A DNA stretch of 33,207 nt from a virus. Its lineage: Duplodnaviria; Caudoviricetes. The stretch covers positions 1-33,207 of IMG/VR virus record IMGVR_UViG_3300012894_000037. One strand, given 5' to 3'. The notes under the pieces were generated by a model that was not told the DNA's origin, did not search any database, and saw nothing but the letters and a program-made list of their open reading frames with translations. A program made the translations under genes and the position numbers. Below are positions 18,239 through 26,945 of this stretch, in pieces. Position 1 is the first letter of the stretch, and each line of letters opens with the position of its first letter.

Positions 18239-20440
18239 ATGAAACGACTGACCGACGCCGAGGTGCTGCTGAGGCTGCTGGGCGAGACGTGCGATTGCTG
18301 CTGCGAGTGCGAGCACCAGCAGGGCACGGCGACCCGTACAGAGGCCGCCCCGGCGCGGCCGCAGATGTTCAGCAAGAAGATGCCGCCCCTGACAGTGATC
18401 GACACCGATCAGCCGTTCGTGCCCTCTTATCCCAGCTTCGACAGTCCTCAGCGAGCAGCGAATCTGGGACTGCCCCACATCCCACTGTTGATCGATCCTG
18501 ACCCGGGGAGCGACAGGGCGCACGAGGGCCGCTTCGAAGAACTCCAGGTGTCCGGCTCCCTGAGCAACCGAACGATGGTTCTGAACGACGGCACGGTGAC
18601 TGGTACCGGCTCCATCGGCAACGGTCCACTCGTCATCGATCAGGACGCCCGCACGGTGCTCGGTGGCCCGCGCGAGTTCACGAACTTCGAACTCGCGGGC
18701 GCGCCGATCACCGGACTGGTGGTAACGCCCACCCAGAACGGCTCGCCAGGATACGGCGTCACGACGGCGCAGCCTCAGGCGGGCTACCCCGAGCAGGGTG
18801 GCCAGGACGTCCCGCTCACCGACACCTCGGGGAACAAGACCTCTCCGACTGGGACACTGCCGAGATACAACCTGCTCGACACCCGCACGTACCTCACCCA
18901 GTACGAGTGGCAGGACGGCATTGACTGGGACGGCCGCCCGGTTCGAGCGACCGAGCCGACCGAGACGGTCGATTCCGGCCGTCGCTTGCTGGCGAACGTC
19001 TCCGCCACGGTGCATGTCCGGTATAACTCGCCCGACGGCAGCCAGATCAGAGAAGGAACTGCCACCGCGACCCTGTTCCAGCAGCGCTGGCTGGGGCACG
19101 CGGTCACGCTTGAGGGCGGCACACCAGGCTTCTCGACGGTCCAGGCCCCCAGGCTCTACGGCAACGCCAACGTCGATGGGAGCGGCGCAGTGCTGATCTC
19201 ACCCTATGGCCTGAGCAACACTACGGGCACGTTCCAACCGCTCTCACCGAACGACCCGGGAAGCCGGCAGCAGTTCGCGGTCCCTGAGGGCGCGACGATC
19301 ACCGGCACCAGCAGGGACGGCAGTGATACCCAGGTGCTCAGCACGGCGTACGCACCGCTTTGGGTGCAGGTCTTCGCCAGCGAGCTGCTTCCGAAGCTTG
19401 GAGAAGCTGAGCGGTTCAGGCGCCATTTCAAGGGCCAAGGCATCGAAGTCTGGGGCGACGCCCGCACGTGTACCGGGCTGGCCGCGGGCAATGTGCAGGA
19501 CCTGACCGGGGGCGCCGAGCTGCGGGTGAATGGCCGGATCTACCGAGCGGGAAGCTGGGCCGCGATCCGCGTGCGCCAGCCGGACGACAGCATGAAGATC
19601 TGGGTCCTGCACCTGGACGGCGTGCTGACCCGAGAGATTCTGGGTGGGCAGGTCAGCAGCTGCACACTGACTGAGCTGATGACGATCTGCCGCAGGCCGG
19701 ATCTCGCCCCGCTCTTCCTGAAAATCGGGGTGCTGCACACCAACTGGCCCCATGACCGGGCCGCGCTCGAGACCAGTGGGCCGACGCTGCATCTCACCGA
19801 CTGGCAGCCCTGGCGGGACGCCACCCGGCAGGAATGGGGGGCCGCCCAGGCCAGTCGGCCGAAGTGGGCCGAAATGATCACCGCCGAGACGAAGCTGCCG
19901 CCGGTGCCGCCTTTGGGACTCGCGCTCGCGGACGCGGCCACCACCGGGCAGTGGGACGCCGTGCCCCGGAACGGCAGCCCGCACCTGCTGCCGACGATGG
20001 TCGAGGTGTACAGCAGGGCGAATGGTTGGCAGGTCAGCAGCGCGGCACTCAGTGCACTGGCCAAGCCGCTCGCCTATCCCGGCGTGACCCCCAAGCTCGA
20101 CGACCGCACCAGCGCGAGCGGCCGCCTGCGCGTGACTTACCCCGCTGCCCCCTGGGCCCTGGCACAGCGCCGCCTGGTGCTGAGCGCCCGCATCCGGACG
20201 CCGATCAACCCGGTGATCGTCAGCGGCCTGAGTGTCGACCCGCTGATGCTGGGCCGCGAGGTGCAGACGAAGGCAAGCAGGCTGCTGCCGGCACGCGGTT
20301 GGCATCCGGCGGCACTCAACGTGCCAGTCGGCTACGACCCCACACAGCCGCTTGTGCTCGAACTCGACACCCGGGGGCAGCGGCTCTCGCGGCTGCTGCT
20401 GTCTCTGGTCGGGCCGGAGAGCGGCGGTATCGAAACTTAG
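18239..20440 (+). CDS. Hypothetical minor tail protein with N-terminal Cys cluster
   Basis: 733 aa; same GGAGGTGAACCATG start context; CDCCCECEH near the N-terminus. Confidence 0.6.
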   Translation: MKRLTDAEVLLRLLGETCDCCCECEHQQGTATRTEAAPARPQMFSKKMPPLTVIDTDQPFVPSYPSFDSPQRAANLGLPHIPLLIDPDPGSDRAHEGRFEELQVSGSLSNRTMVLNDGTVTGTGSIGNGPLVIDQDARTVLGGPREFTNFELAGAPITGLVVTPTQNGSPGYGVTTAQPQAGYPEQGGQDVPLTDTSGNKTSPTGTLPRYNLLDTRTYLTQYEWQDGIDWDGRPVRATEPTETVDSGRRLLANVSATVHVRYNSPDGSQIREGTATATLFQQRWLGHAVTLEGGTPGFSTVQAPRLYGNANVDGSGAVLISPYGLSNTTGTFQPLSPNDPGSRQQFAVPEGATITGTSRDGSDTQVLSTAYAPLWVQVFASELLPKLGEAERFRRHFKGQGIEVWGDARTCTGLAAGNVQDLTGGAELRVNGRIYRAGSWAAIRVRQPDDSMKIWVLHLDGVLTREILGGQVSSCTLTELMTICRRPDLAPLFLKIGVLHTNWPHDRAALETSGPTLHLTDWQPWRDATRQEWGAAQASRPKWAEMITAETKLPPVPPLGLALADAATTGQWDAVPRNGSPHLLPTMVEVYSRANGWQVSSAALSALAKPLAYPGVTPKLDDRTSASGRLRVTYPAAPWALAQRRLVLSARIRTPINPVIVSGLSVDPLMLGREVQTKASRLLPARGWHPAALNVPVGYDPTQPLVLELDTRGQRLSRLLLSLVGPESGGIET

Positions 20441-20447
20441 GAGATCC

Positions 20448-22217
20448 ATGAGACAGACCACCAATCAGCTCACCCTGCAGAGCTACCACCTGACGATCGC
20501 CGAGGGCCTGCTCGCCGGGCAGACGCTGACCGGCACGCCCGGCTGTACGGTGACGATCAACGGCGCGGCCCCCGCCCTGCCTTACCTGCTGAAAGTCGGG
20601 GACGTGCTCGCGGTCACGCACAACGCGGGCAGCGATCTGTCCGGGTTGACCCTTCTGGCGGCCCTCGTGCCCGATCCTGCCACTCCCGGCACGCCGGCCG
20701 ACCCTGATCCCTCGCAGTGGACCTGGAGCGACACCTTCAACCGCACCTTCCTGGGCGGCGACTACACCCCGGCGCTCAGCTCGACTATCGACGGCGATCA
20801 GGTGGCAAGCATCAACGCCAGCGCATTGCTCCTCGGTCAAAACGTGCTCGTCGCCAACCAGGGCGGCCAGGGGACGACGCCGACGATGGACTTCGCCCGC
20901 GTGCGGCTGGGTGCCGGACGCTGGAACAATCCGAGTCCCAGCGTTCAGTACGACTGCTCCTTCACTATTGCCACAGGAGTCTATGCGCTCCCGCCCGTCC
21001 TGGGCGTGCGGATCGTGGGCGCGTCGAAGTCGCTGACCTGGGACGGCACCCATCTGATGTGGGGCTCGGTGCAGCTCGCGCGGATAGCCGATCTGATGCA
21101 GCCGGGCACGACGTACCGCAACCGGCTGACGGTGGACACCGCGAGCGGGCGCATCCAGATCTCGCGCGACAGCAACGGCGTCGTGGATGTGCCGCTCCCG
21201 GCAGACTGGGCGGCGTCGATGGGTGGCCAGGGGCTGGTCGAGCTGATCCATGAGACGTCACCGGTCAACACCGGTGCCGGCGTGAACACCTCGTACACCC
21301 GCGCGACGTTCGACAACTTCGCCGTCAGGGACGGCTCGGGCAACAGTCAGCAGAGCACCGGCAGCACCGGGAGTCAGGTGCACGTCGGCACGCTCTGGCG
21401 CTTCGCGGACGGGCCGCCCGACGATACGGTCGGAAACGATACCGATGTGTGGGTCGAGGGCAGCACCGGCTCGGTCTATCAACGGGTGAACGGCGCCTAT
21501 CAGGTGCAGATCAACCTGCGGGGACCGCAAGGCGAGAGAGGCGAGCCGGGCCTTCCGGGCGCCTCCGGTGGCGGCGTGGCGCGGCTCAGCTCGCCGGAGG
21601 TCGGCTATCCGAGGGTCAGGGGGAACGGCGGCTTCTCAGGCTCGGTCACGCGCGGCGTGCGCAACGTCTCATTCACCTTCACGGCAGACGTCACGCTGGC
21701 CGCCGAGGGGCTCATCATCGGCGGCGTCGATCAGCTCGGCGCCCAGGGCATCGATTCGGCCTACATCCAAGACGCCGACGGAGTGGTGGTGGCTTCCGGC
21801 GTCGGCTCGATCAGCACCGAGGCCGACACGCTGCGCATCACATTCGAGCGGGTCGCCAACCTGCCGCGCGGCACCTACACGGCCGGGATCGGCTTCTCGG
21901 ACGGCACGCGGCTGGTGCTCAGCAGCCCGGTTCAATTTCTGGCGGGCGCCGATTCGTTTCAGGTGGACGGCGACACCTCGCGCGCGCCCACGGTGGCGCT
22001 CCTGTCCAACCGGGGGAACACGGTCGGCCAGCTCGGGCTGCTCTCGATGCGCGTCGTCAGTCAGCCGACCCCCTACCCGGCCTGGACGGACGGCGCCTTC
22101 GAGCTCGTCGCGCCCGCTGGCGGGACACCGTACCTGCGCACCCGCTCGGAGGGCGTCGATTACACGCTCACTTTCACGCCGGTCAGCAGTGGCGGCGGGG
22201 GCGGCCAGGAATCGTGA
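20448..22217 (+). CDS. Putative tail fibre protein
   Basis: AGGAG RBS before ATG 20448; DGPPDDTVGNDTDVWV...GSVYQR fibre motif followed by short collagen-like GPQGERGEPGLPG. Confidence 0.6.
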   Translation: MRQTTNQLTLQSYHLTIAEGLLAGQTLTGTPGCTVTINGAAPALPYLLKVGDVLAVTHNAGSDLSGLTLLAALVPDPATPGTPADPDPSQWTWSDTFNRTFLGGDYTPALSSTIDGDQVASINASALLLGQNVLVANQGGQGTTPTMDFARVRLGAGRWNNPSPSVQYDCSFTIATGVYALPPVLGVRIVGASKSLTWDGTHLMWGSVQLARIADLMQPGTTYRNRLTVDTASGRIQISRDSNGVVDVPLPADWAASMGGQGLVELIHETSPVNTGAGVNTSYTRATFDNFAVRDGSGNSQQSTGSTGSQVHVGTLWRFADGPPDDTVGNDTDVWVEGSTGSVYQRVNGAYQVQINLRGPQGERGEPGLPGASGGGVARLSSPEVGYPRVRGNGGFSGSVTRGVRNVSFTFTADVTLAAEGLIIGGVDQLGAQGIDSAYIQDADGVVVASGVGSISTEADTLRITFERVANLPRGTYTAGIGFSDGTRLVLSSPVQFLAGADSFQVDGDTSRAPTVALLSNRGNTVGQLGLLSMRVVSQPTPYPAWTDGAFELVAPAGGTPYLRTRSEGVDYTLTFTPVSSGGGGGQES

Positions 22218-22224
22218 TCGATCA

Positions 22225-22249
22225 GTCCCGCTTCGGCGGGACGTTTCTT
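22225..22249 (+). terminator. Intrinsic terminator-like hairpin with cUUCGg loop
   Basis: GTCCCGC-TTCG-GCGGGAC-GTTTCTT. Confidence 0.7.
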
Positions 22250-22266
22250 GCATCTGGGAGGCAGTT

Positions 22267-24129
22267 ATGAATGAGGCACCGACGTACATCTGGACGCCGC
22301 TGGCCAGCGAAGACCAGCCGTTCGTCCTGGACACGCCAGCCGTGGTCCGGTACGGTGCGGACACGCGCTGGACGGAAAAGACGCTGGCCGCGGGGCGGTA
22401 CACAGCGAACAATCTGCTGTTCGGTGATCCGGCGGTGTTCACCTACAAAACCGCGCAGATCCGCCAGGCCGTGTCCTGGGTTCAGCTGGCCGCGGAAGGC
22501 CAGCCGTTCACGCTGACGGCCGCCAGCACCGTCCGGTACGGCGTGGACACGCGCTGGATCGTGCTGGACCTGCCGCCTGGCACGTACGCGGCCACGAATG
22601 TCCAGTTCGGCCTGGACCCTGCCGTGGGCGTGGTGAAGGCCGTCTACCGGCGCGCGCTGACCAGTACCGTTCCGGCGCCAGTGGCCCCGCCTGCGCCTGT
22701 GATCATCCCGCCGCGGCCGGCGCTGACCGTGAATCAAAACAGCGTCACGCTGTCCTGGCCGATGAATCCGCTGTTCGTGTCCTTCCGGATCTACCGGCAG
22801 CGCGGCGGCCGGACGTTCCTGCTGGTCGGGGTGACGCGCCAGCCGGTCTTCACGGACCAGCGCCTACCGGACGGGGAACGCGCCAGATACCAGGTGTTCG
22901 GCGTGGAAGCCAACGGGAAGGCCACGCTGATCTTCGACGGCGCCGGCCAGCAGGAAGCGCGCATCTGGAAGGACGAACCGCTGGCGATCACGGAAGGCAA
23001 GGTGTACTCCGGGAACTACCGGTCCACGGACCCGAAGGTGGCCGCCGTGACCGTGGCGCCAGGCGTGAAAGGCTGGTCGCTGCTGAACACCCGGCTGCGA
23101 AGCCGCGGCCACCTGGTCAGCGTCAGCCAGGGCAGCGACGGCCTGGTCCGGAACGTGATCGGCTGGGGCGACCATCCCGGAACGGCCGGGACCACCACCG
23201 GGAACTTCGTGAACGCGTACCGGCCGGCCGGCCTGACCGTGGAACAGGTGGACTTCGAGAACGTCACGCTGGGCTACTACGTGAACGGAGGTGGCACGCA
23301 GGACGTGAGGCGGCTGGCGTTCCGGCGCTGGCGCAGTTTCAACATGAATTCCAGGCTGACCAGCGCGGACGGATACCTGCCGGTCCGCGGATACGCCGGC
23401 CATATCTTCCAGGCGGATCACGTTTTTTACTGTCCGGAATATGACGTCCAGGACGGCGAGGGCATCCAAGAATACGGCGTCGGGATGGTGGAAGACGGAA
23501 TCAGTAACTACGTGTCCAGCGGCATTCCGTCCAGGCGTTTCCGCTGGGAGAACCTGTGCATCTTCGGCATGTGGCCGTTCGACGCCACCGCGCATCCGGA
23601 CACGCCGGAAGGCTATAACGCCGGCTGCGGCCTGATGATCGGGGACGGCACGGCGCCGCCGAACGCGACGGACGCGAACGGATACGGTGACGTGATGCGG
23701 AACCTGACCATCGCCTGTGGAAACGCCGGGATCGGGGTGGGCGGTGGCAGCCACCAGGACGTCCACCATAACCGCGATATCGCGTCCGGATACCTGCCGG
23801 ACGGCGTGACGGTCAACCCCGGAATGAACGTGGGCATGTACCTCAGCAGCCAGAACGGCCTGGCCGCGGGAACCTTTGACCAGAACAGCCTGCGCGACAA
23901 CGCGTCCATGCACTGGTGTCTGCCCGGCAGCAAAAACAAACCGGACGGCGGCGCGTACAACAACGCCTTCGACCAGTCCGGCGCGGACCCGGCGCGCGGC
24001 AACGTGGCCGCCAGGAATGAGTGGCTGACCGGGGACGCCAGCGTGGCGCGTGAACACGCTGAACACCTGGCCTGGCACGTCCAGAACGCCGCGGCCGGGG
24101 TCATCCTGGGCGCGCAGACTTCCGCCTGA
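22267..24129 (+). CDS. Putative tailspike/depolymerase: two N-terminal repeats, FN3-like domain, beta-helix-like C-terminus
   Basis: GGGAGG RBS before ATG 22267; duplicated VRYGxDTRW...FG(L)DPAV module; SVTLSWP...FRIYR...FTD FN3-like; Gly/Asn-rich stacked-beta C-terminal region. Confidence 0.6.
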   Translation: MNEAPTYIWTPLASEDQPFVLDTPAVVRYGADTRWTEKTLAAGRYTANNLLFGDPAVFTYKTAQIRQAVSWVQLAAEGQPFTLTAASTVRYGVDTRWIVLDLPPGTYAATNVQFGLDPAVGVVKAVYRRALTSTVPAPVAPPAPVIIPPRPALTVNQNSVTLSWPMNPLFVSFRIYRQRGGRTFLLVGVTRQPVFTDQRLPDGERARYQVFGVEANGKATLIFDGAGQQEARIWKDEPLAITEGKVYSGNYRSTDPKVAAVTVAPGVKGWSLLNTRLRSRGHLVSVSQGSDGLVRNVIGWGDHPGTAGTTTGNFVNAYRPAGLTVEQVDFENVTLGYYVNGGGTQDVRRLAFRRWRSFNMNSRLTSADGYLPVRGYAGHIFQADHVFYCPEYDVQDGEGIQEYGVGMVEDGISNYVSSGIPSRRFRWENLCIFGMWPFDATAHPDTPEGYNAGCGLMIGDGTAPPNATDANGYGDVMRNLTIACGNAGIGVGGGSHQDVHHNRDIASGYLPDGVTVNPGMNVGMYLSSQNGLAAGTFDQNSLRDNASMHWCLPGSKNKPDGGAYNNAFDQSGADPARGNVAARNEWLTGDASVAREHAEHLAWHVQNAAAGVILGAQTSA

Positions 24130-24152
24130 TTCACCTTCGGAGAACACACCAC

Positions 24153-24569
24153 ATGCCCATAAAGACTTCCGTTTCCTTGATGCGCCGCGCCTTCAGTTCT
24201 GCCATGTGGGAACTGTTCGCCGGTCTGGTCGCGCTGTTCAGCCTGCCCACGGCGTACTCCTTCATGTTCTATCCGGACGTCTTCAGCGTCAGTAAAGGGT
24301 ATGCACAGCTGGAAAAGATGTTCCACATTCCGCAGCCCCTGGGCGTCTTCGTGCTGGTGGCCGCGCTGCTGGTCCTGCTCGGAATCGGCACTCAGTTGGG
24401 CCGCTGGGGATTACTGGCGCTGACGCTGTTCTGGTTCTTGATGGCGCTGGCGTCCCTGGCCAGCGTGGGCGTCAGCGGCGGAACTATCTGGTTCGCCGCA
24501 CTCTTCAGCTTGGCGCTGTTCGGCTTCCTGCGAAGCGGCGGCGTGCAACGGCCACACCGGAGCCCCTGA
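24153..24569 (+). CDS. Multi-pass membrane protein, holin candidate
   Basis: About four hydrophobic segments in 138 aa; start of lysis block; GGAG RBS. Confidence 0.55.
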   Translation: MPIKTSVSLMRRAFSSAMWELFAGLVALFSLPTAYSFMFYPDVFSVSKGYAQLEKMFHIPQPLGVFVLVAALLVLLGIGTQLGRWGLLALTLFWFLMALASLASVGVSGGTIWFAALFSLALFGFLRSGGVQRPHRSP

Positions 24570-25075
24570 TGGCGTTCGATCTGACGACCGCGCTGATCGG
24601 GCTGGGCACAGCCGCCTTCGGGTTGCTCGCGGGCATCTTCGCGCCGAAGTTCAAGCGCGACGAGACGAAGATGAGCCTCGAAGTTCAGATGGCGCAGATG
24701 GCCGAAGGCTCGCAGGAAAAGTATTACGCGATCCTCTCGGCTAAGCTCGAAAAGTACGAGCAGCGCTTCGAGGCGCTGCTCGAGAAGGTCGGCGTTCAGG
24801 GCGAAGAGATCGCTTCGCTGAAGGCCGAGCTGAAAATCCTGCGCTACAGCGAGACGGCGCTGAAGGCCGAGAACGGCGCGCTCAGAACCGACCTCGGGCG
24901 TCTTCAGGCCGCCCGGGACGCGCTCGACTTCGAGAACGACCAGCAGGGGCAGGAGATCGCCCGGCTGAACGGCCGCATTCAGGAATTGACCCAGAAGCTC
25001 ACCGAGAACGAGACGCGACTGGCGGCGGCGCTCGCGCAACTCGCCGCGCAACTTCCCGCCACAGGAGGGCCATGA
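24569..25075 (+). CDS. N-terminal TM plus long coiled-coil protein (holin- or spanin-like candidate)
   Basis: TALIGLGTAAFGLLAGIFA TM then heptad-rich region; overlaps endolysin start. Confidence 0.6.
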   Translation: MAFDLTTALIGLGTAAFGLLAGIFAPKFKRDETKMSLEVQMAQMAEGSQEKYYAILSAKLEKYEQRFEALLEKVGVQGEEIASLKAELKILRYSETALKAENGALRTDLGRLQAARDALDFENDQQGQEIARLNGRIQELTQKLTENETRLAAALAQLAAQLPATGGP

Positions 25076-25737
25076 CACAGACAGCAAACATCCCGGGCAT
25101 CACCATCGTCCAGTCACCCGCGAGCCCCACGCATTACGACAAGGGCCGGAACGGACACCACGTCTCGAAGGTCGTCATCCACGTGGCGGACGGCACCTAT
25201 CAGGGCTCGCTCGAGTGGTTCAGAGACCCGCGGTCGAGTGTCAGTGCCCATTACATCGTGTCGAGTCTCGGGGAGATCGCGCAGGCGGTCTCGGAGGCCG
25301 ATACGGCGTGGCAGGCGGGCGACTACCTGACAAACGAGACGACCATTGGCATCGAGCACGAAGGGCGGCCGGCGCTCGGTCCCTGGACGCCCACGGCCGC
25401 GCAACTCGAGGCGAGCGCGGCGCTGGTGGCGGACATCTGCAAGCGGTACGCGATCCGCCCGAGCCTGGGCAACGTCGTGCCGCACTCGAGCATCAACCCG
25501 AAGCACAACTGCCCCGGCCCGACTTGGCCGTGGGCGAAGTACATCCAGATGGTCTCGGCGATCCTTAATCCGCCCGCCCCACCGAGCCCGCCTGCGGTTG
25601 CCCCGACCGCGCACTCGCCGGAGACTGGGAAACGCACGATCACCCTGTACGATCCGGCGACGAACAGCCCGGTCGGCCTCGCCTCGCTGATCGACGGCAC
25701 CTCGAAGGCGTATCTCCAGCGCAAGGGGCAGCCATGA
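25072..25737 (+). CDS. Endolysin, N-acetylmuramoyl-L-alanine amidase (Amidase_2)
   Basis: VVIHVADG, VSAHYIV, AWQAG, TIGIEHEG, VVPHSSINPKHNCPG give the His/His/Cys Zn ligands. Confidence 0.92.
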   Translation: MTQTANIPGITIVQSPASPTHYDKGRNGHHVSKVVIHVADGTYQGSLEWFRDPRSSVSAHYIVSSLGEIAQAVSEADTAWQAGDYLTNETTIGIEHEGRPALGPWTPTAAQLEASAALVADICKRYAIRPSLGNVVPHSSINPKHNCPGPTWPWAKYIQMVSAILNPPAPPSPPAVAPTAHSPETGKRTITLYDPATNSPVGLASLIDGTSKAYLQRKGQP

Positions 25738-26048
25738 CTGAAGTCGATCCGAGGCGCACGGTGCGCGCCGTGCGGGACCGCGTCGAGGGCGGCCTGGGCG
25801 GGACCAACGTCTTCCAGCCGGGCGAGATGCGCCCGGTCGTCGACGTGCAGGAACGCCTGGTGGGATTCGTGCTCGCGTGCCCCGGGTGCGGCGAGCGCCT
25901 GTCCCTGCGAACGGTCGGCCCGGAGGCGCACTGGGAGGCGACTGGCGACCTCGACGCGGGCACACTGAGCCTCACACCGAGCATTCACCACGAAGAGGGA
26001 TACGGCTGGCACGGCTGGCTGCGGGACGGTCTGCTCGCGCCCATTTAG
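25734..26048 (+). CDS. DUF6527-like small Cys/His protein
   Basis: ACPGCG, W..TGD, LSLTPSI, GWHGWLRDG. Confidence 0.6.
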   Translation: MTEVDPRRTVRAVRDRVEGGLGGTNVFQPGEMRPVVDVQERLVGFVLACPGCGERLSLRTVGPEAHWEATGDLDAGTLSLTPSIHHEEGYGWHGWLRDGLLAPI

Positions 26049-26068
26049 GTTCGCCTGACACTTCACCA

Positions 26069-26104
26069 GGGGCCGCCGAGAAGATCTCGCGGCCCCGTTC
26101 ATTT
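26069..26104 (+). terminator. Possible terminator hairpin inside the lysis block
   Basis: GGGGCCGC-C-GAGA-AGA-TCTC-GCGGCCCC followed by GTTCATTT. Confidence 0.5.
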
Positions 26105-26119
26105 CCCTCTGGAGGGACC

Positions 26120-26368
26120 ATGAAAAAGTACAAGAGCCTGTTGTCCAGCAAGACCTTCTGGGCGTCCCTGTTCGTGGTGTTGGTGGGTGCATACACCGAG
26201 CTCGCGCACGCATACGGGTGGGATGTTCGCTGGGTGCCCGGCGTAGTCACGATGCTCACCGGGCTCGGGCTGTACGGCATTCGTACCGCCGACTCGACGC
26301 TGGTCCTGCCCGGGCAGACCCCGCCGAAGACCGACGACAACGTCGTGCCCTCGAAGGGTCCGCAGTGA
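26120..26368 (+). CDS. Small two-TM holin-like protein (82 aa)
   Basis: GGAGGG RBS; MKKYKSLLSSKTFW, two hydrophobic segments, LGLYGIR. Confidence 0.65.
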   Translation: MKKYKSLLSSKTFWASLFVVLVGAYTELAHAYGWDVRWVPGVVTMLTGLGLYGIRTADSTLVLPGQTPPKTDDNVVPSKGPQ

Positions 26369-26568
26369 ACCTGCTCGCGCTGGTCGAGCACCTGATGGGC
26401 GCGAACTGGGGCAAGATCACCCCGGGGCTTGCCGTGCAACTTGGCCTGAAGCTCGCGGGCGTCGTGCCAGAACTGCTGCACTTGCCCGCCGACGCGCACC
26501 TGAGCCCGGAGGCGCGCCTGAAGATTGAGGACGCCATCGCGCAGTTCGAGACCGAGGTTGGACTATGA
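26365..26568 (+). CDS. Hypothetical protein (67 aa)
   Basis: GTGA and ATGA overlaps with both neighbours; phage-like codon usage. Confidence 0.6.
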   Translation: MNLLALVEHLMGANWGKITPGLAVQLGLKLAGVVPELLHLPADAHLSPEARLKIEDAIAQFETEVGL

Positions 26569-26945
26569 AGAGGCTTCTGCTGCTGTCCGTGCTCGCGCTG
26601 AGCGCCTGCGCCCCGTCTTCCACGTCCACCCAGGCGACCACCGCCACGCTCACGCTCGATGCGGGCGCGCTCACCCTGTTCAACCCCGGCCCCGGGCCGC
26701 TCACCGAGGCGGTGCTGCGCGTCGACGGGCCGGGCCTGATCCTGGGCGCGCCCTGCGCGGCGCGGGCGCCGAACGTGTACGGCTGCGTGCTCGGCACGGT
26801 GGCCGAAGGTGCGTCCGTCACGCTGAAGCCAATCCCTGACCCTGCGGGGCGTCTGGGAACGATCTGTGACGCCGCGGCGAACTTCTATCAGGGCGCGGGC
26901 GTGCTCTTTCGGAGGGTGGAGCTGCGCTGCGGCGGCAAGCCGTGA
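26565..26945 (+). CDS. Lipoprotein with Ig/DUF11-like domain
   Basis: MKRLLLLSVLALSA-C lipobox; NPGP...CVLGTVAEGASVTL; four further Cys. Confidence 0.75.
   Translation: MKRLLLLSVLALSACAPSSTSTQATTATLTLDAGALTLFNPGPGPLTEAVLRVDGPGLILGAPCAARAPNVYGCVLGTVAEGASVTLKPIPDPAGRLGTICDAAANFYQGAGVLFRRVELRCGGKP

Noticed and set aside
21568-22266. 233-aa N-terminal extension of the tailspike ORF in the track
   Set aside because: Overlaps the fibre gene and crosses a terminator; ATG 22267 has a good RBS
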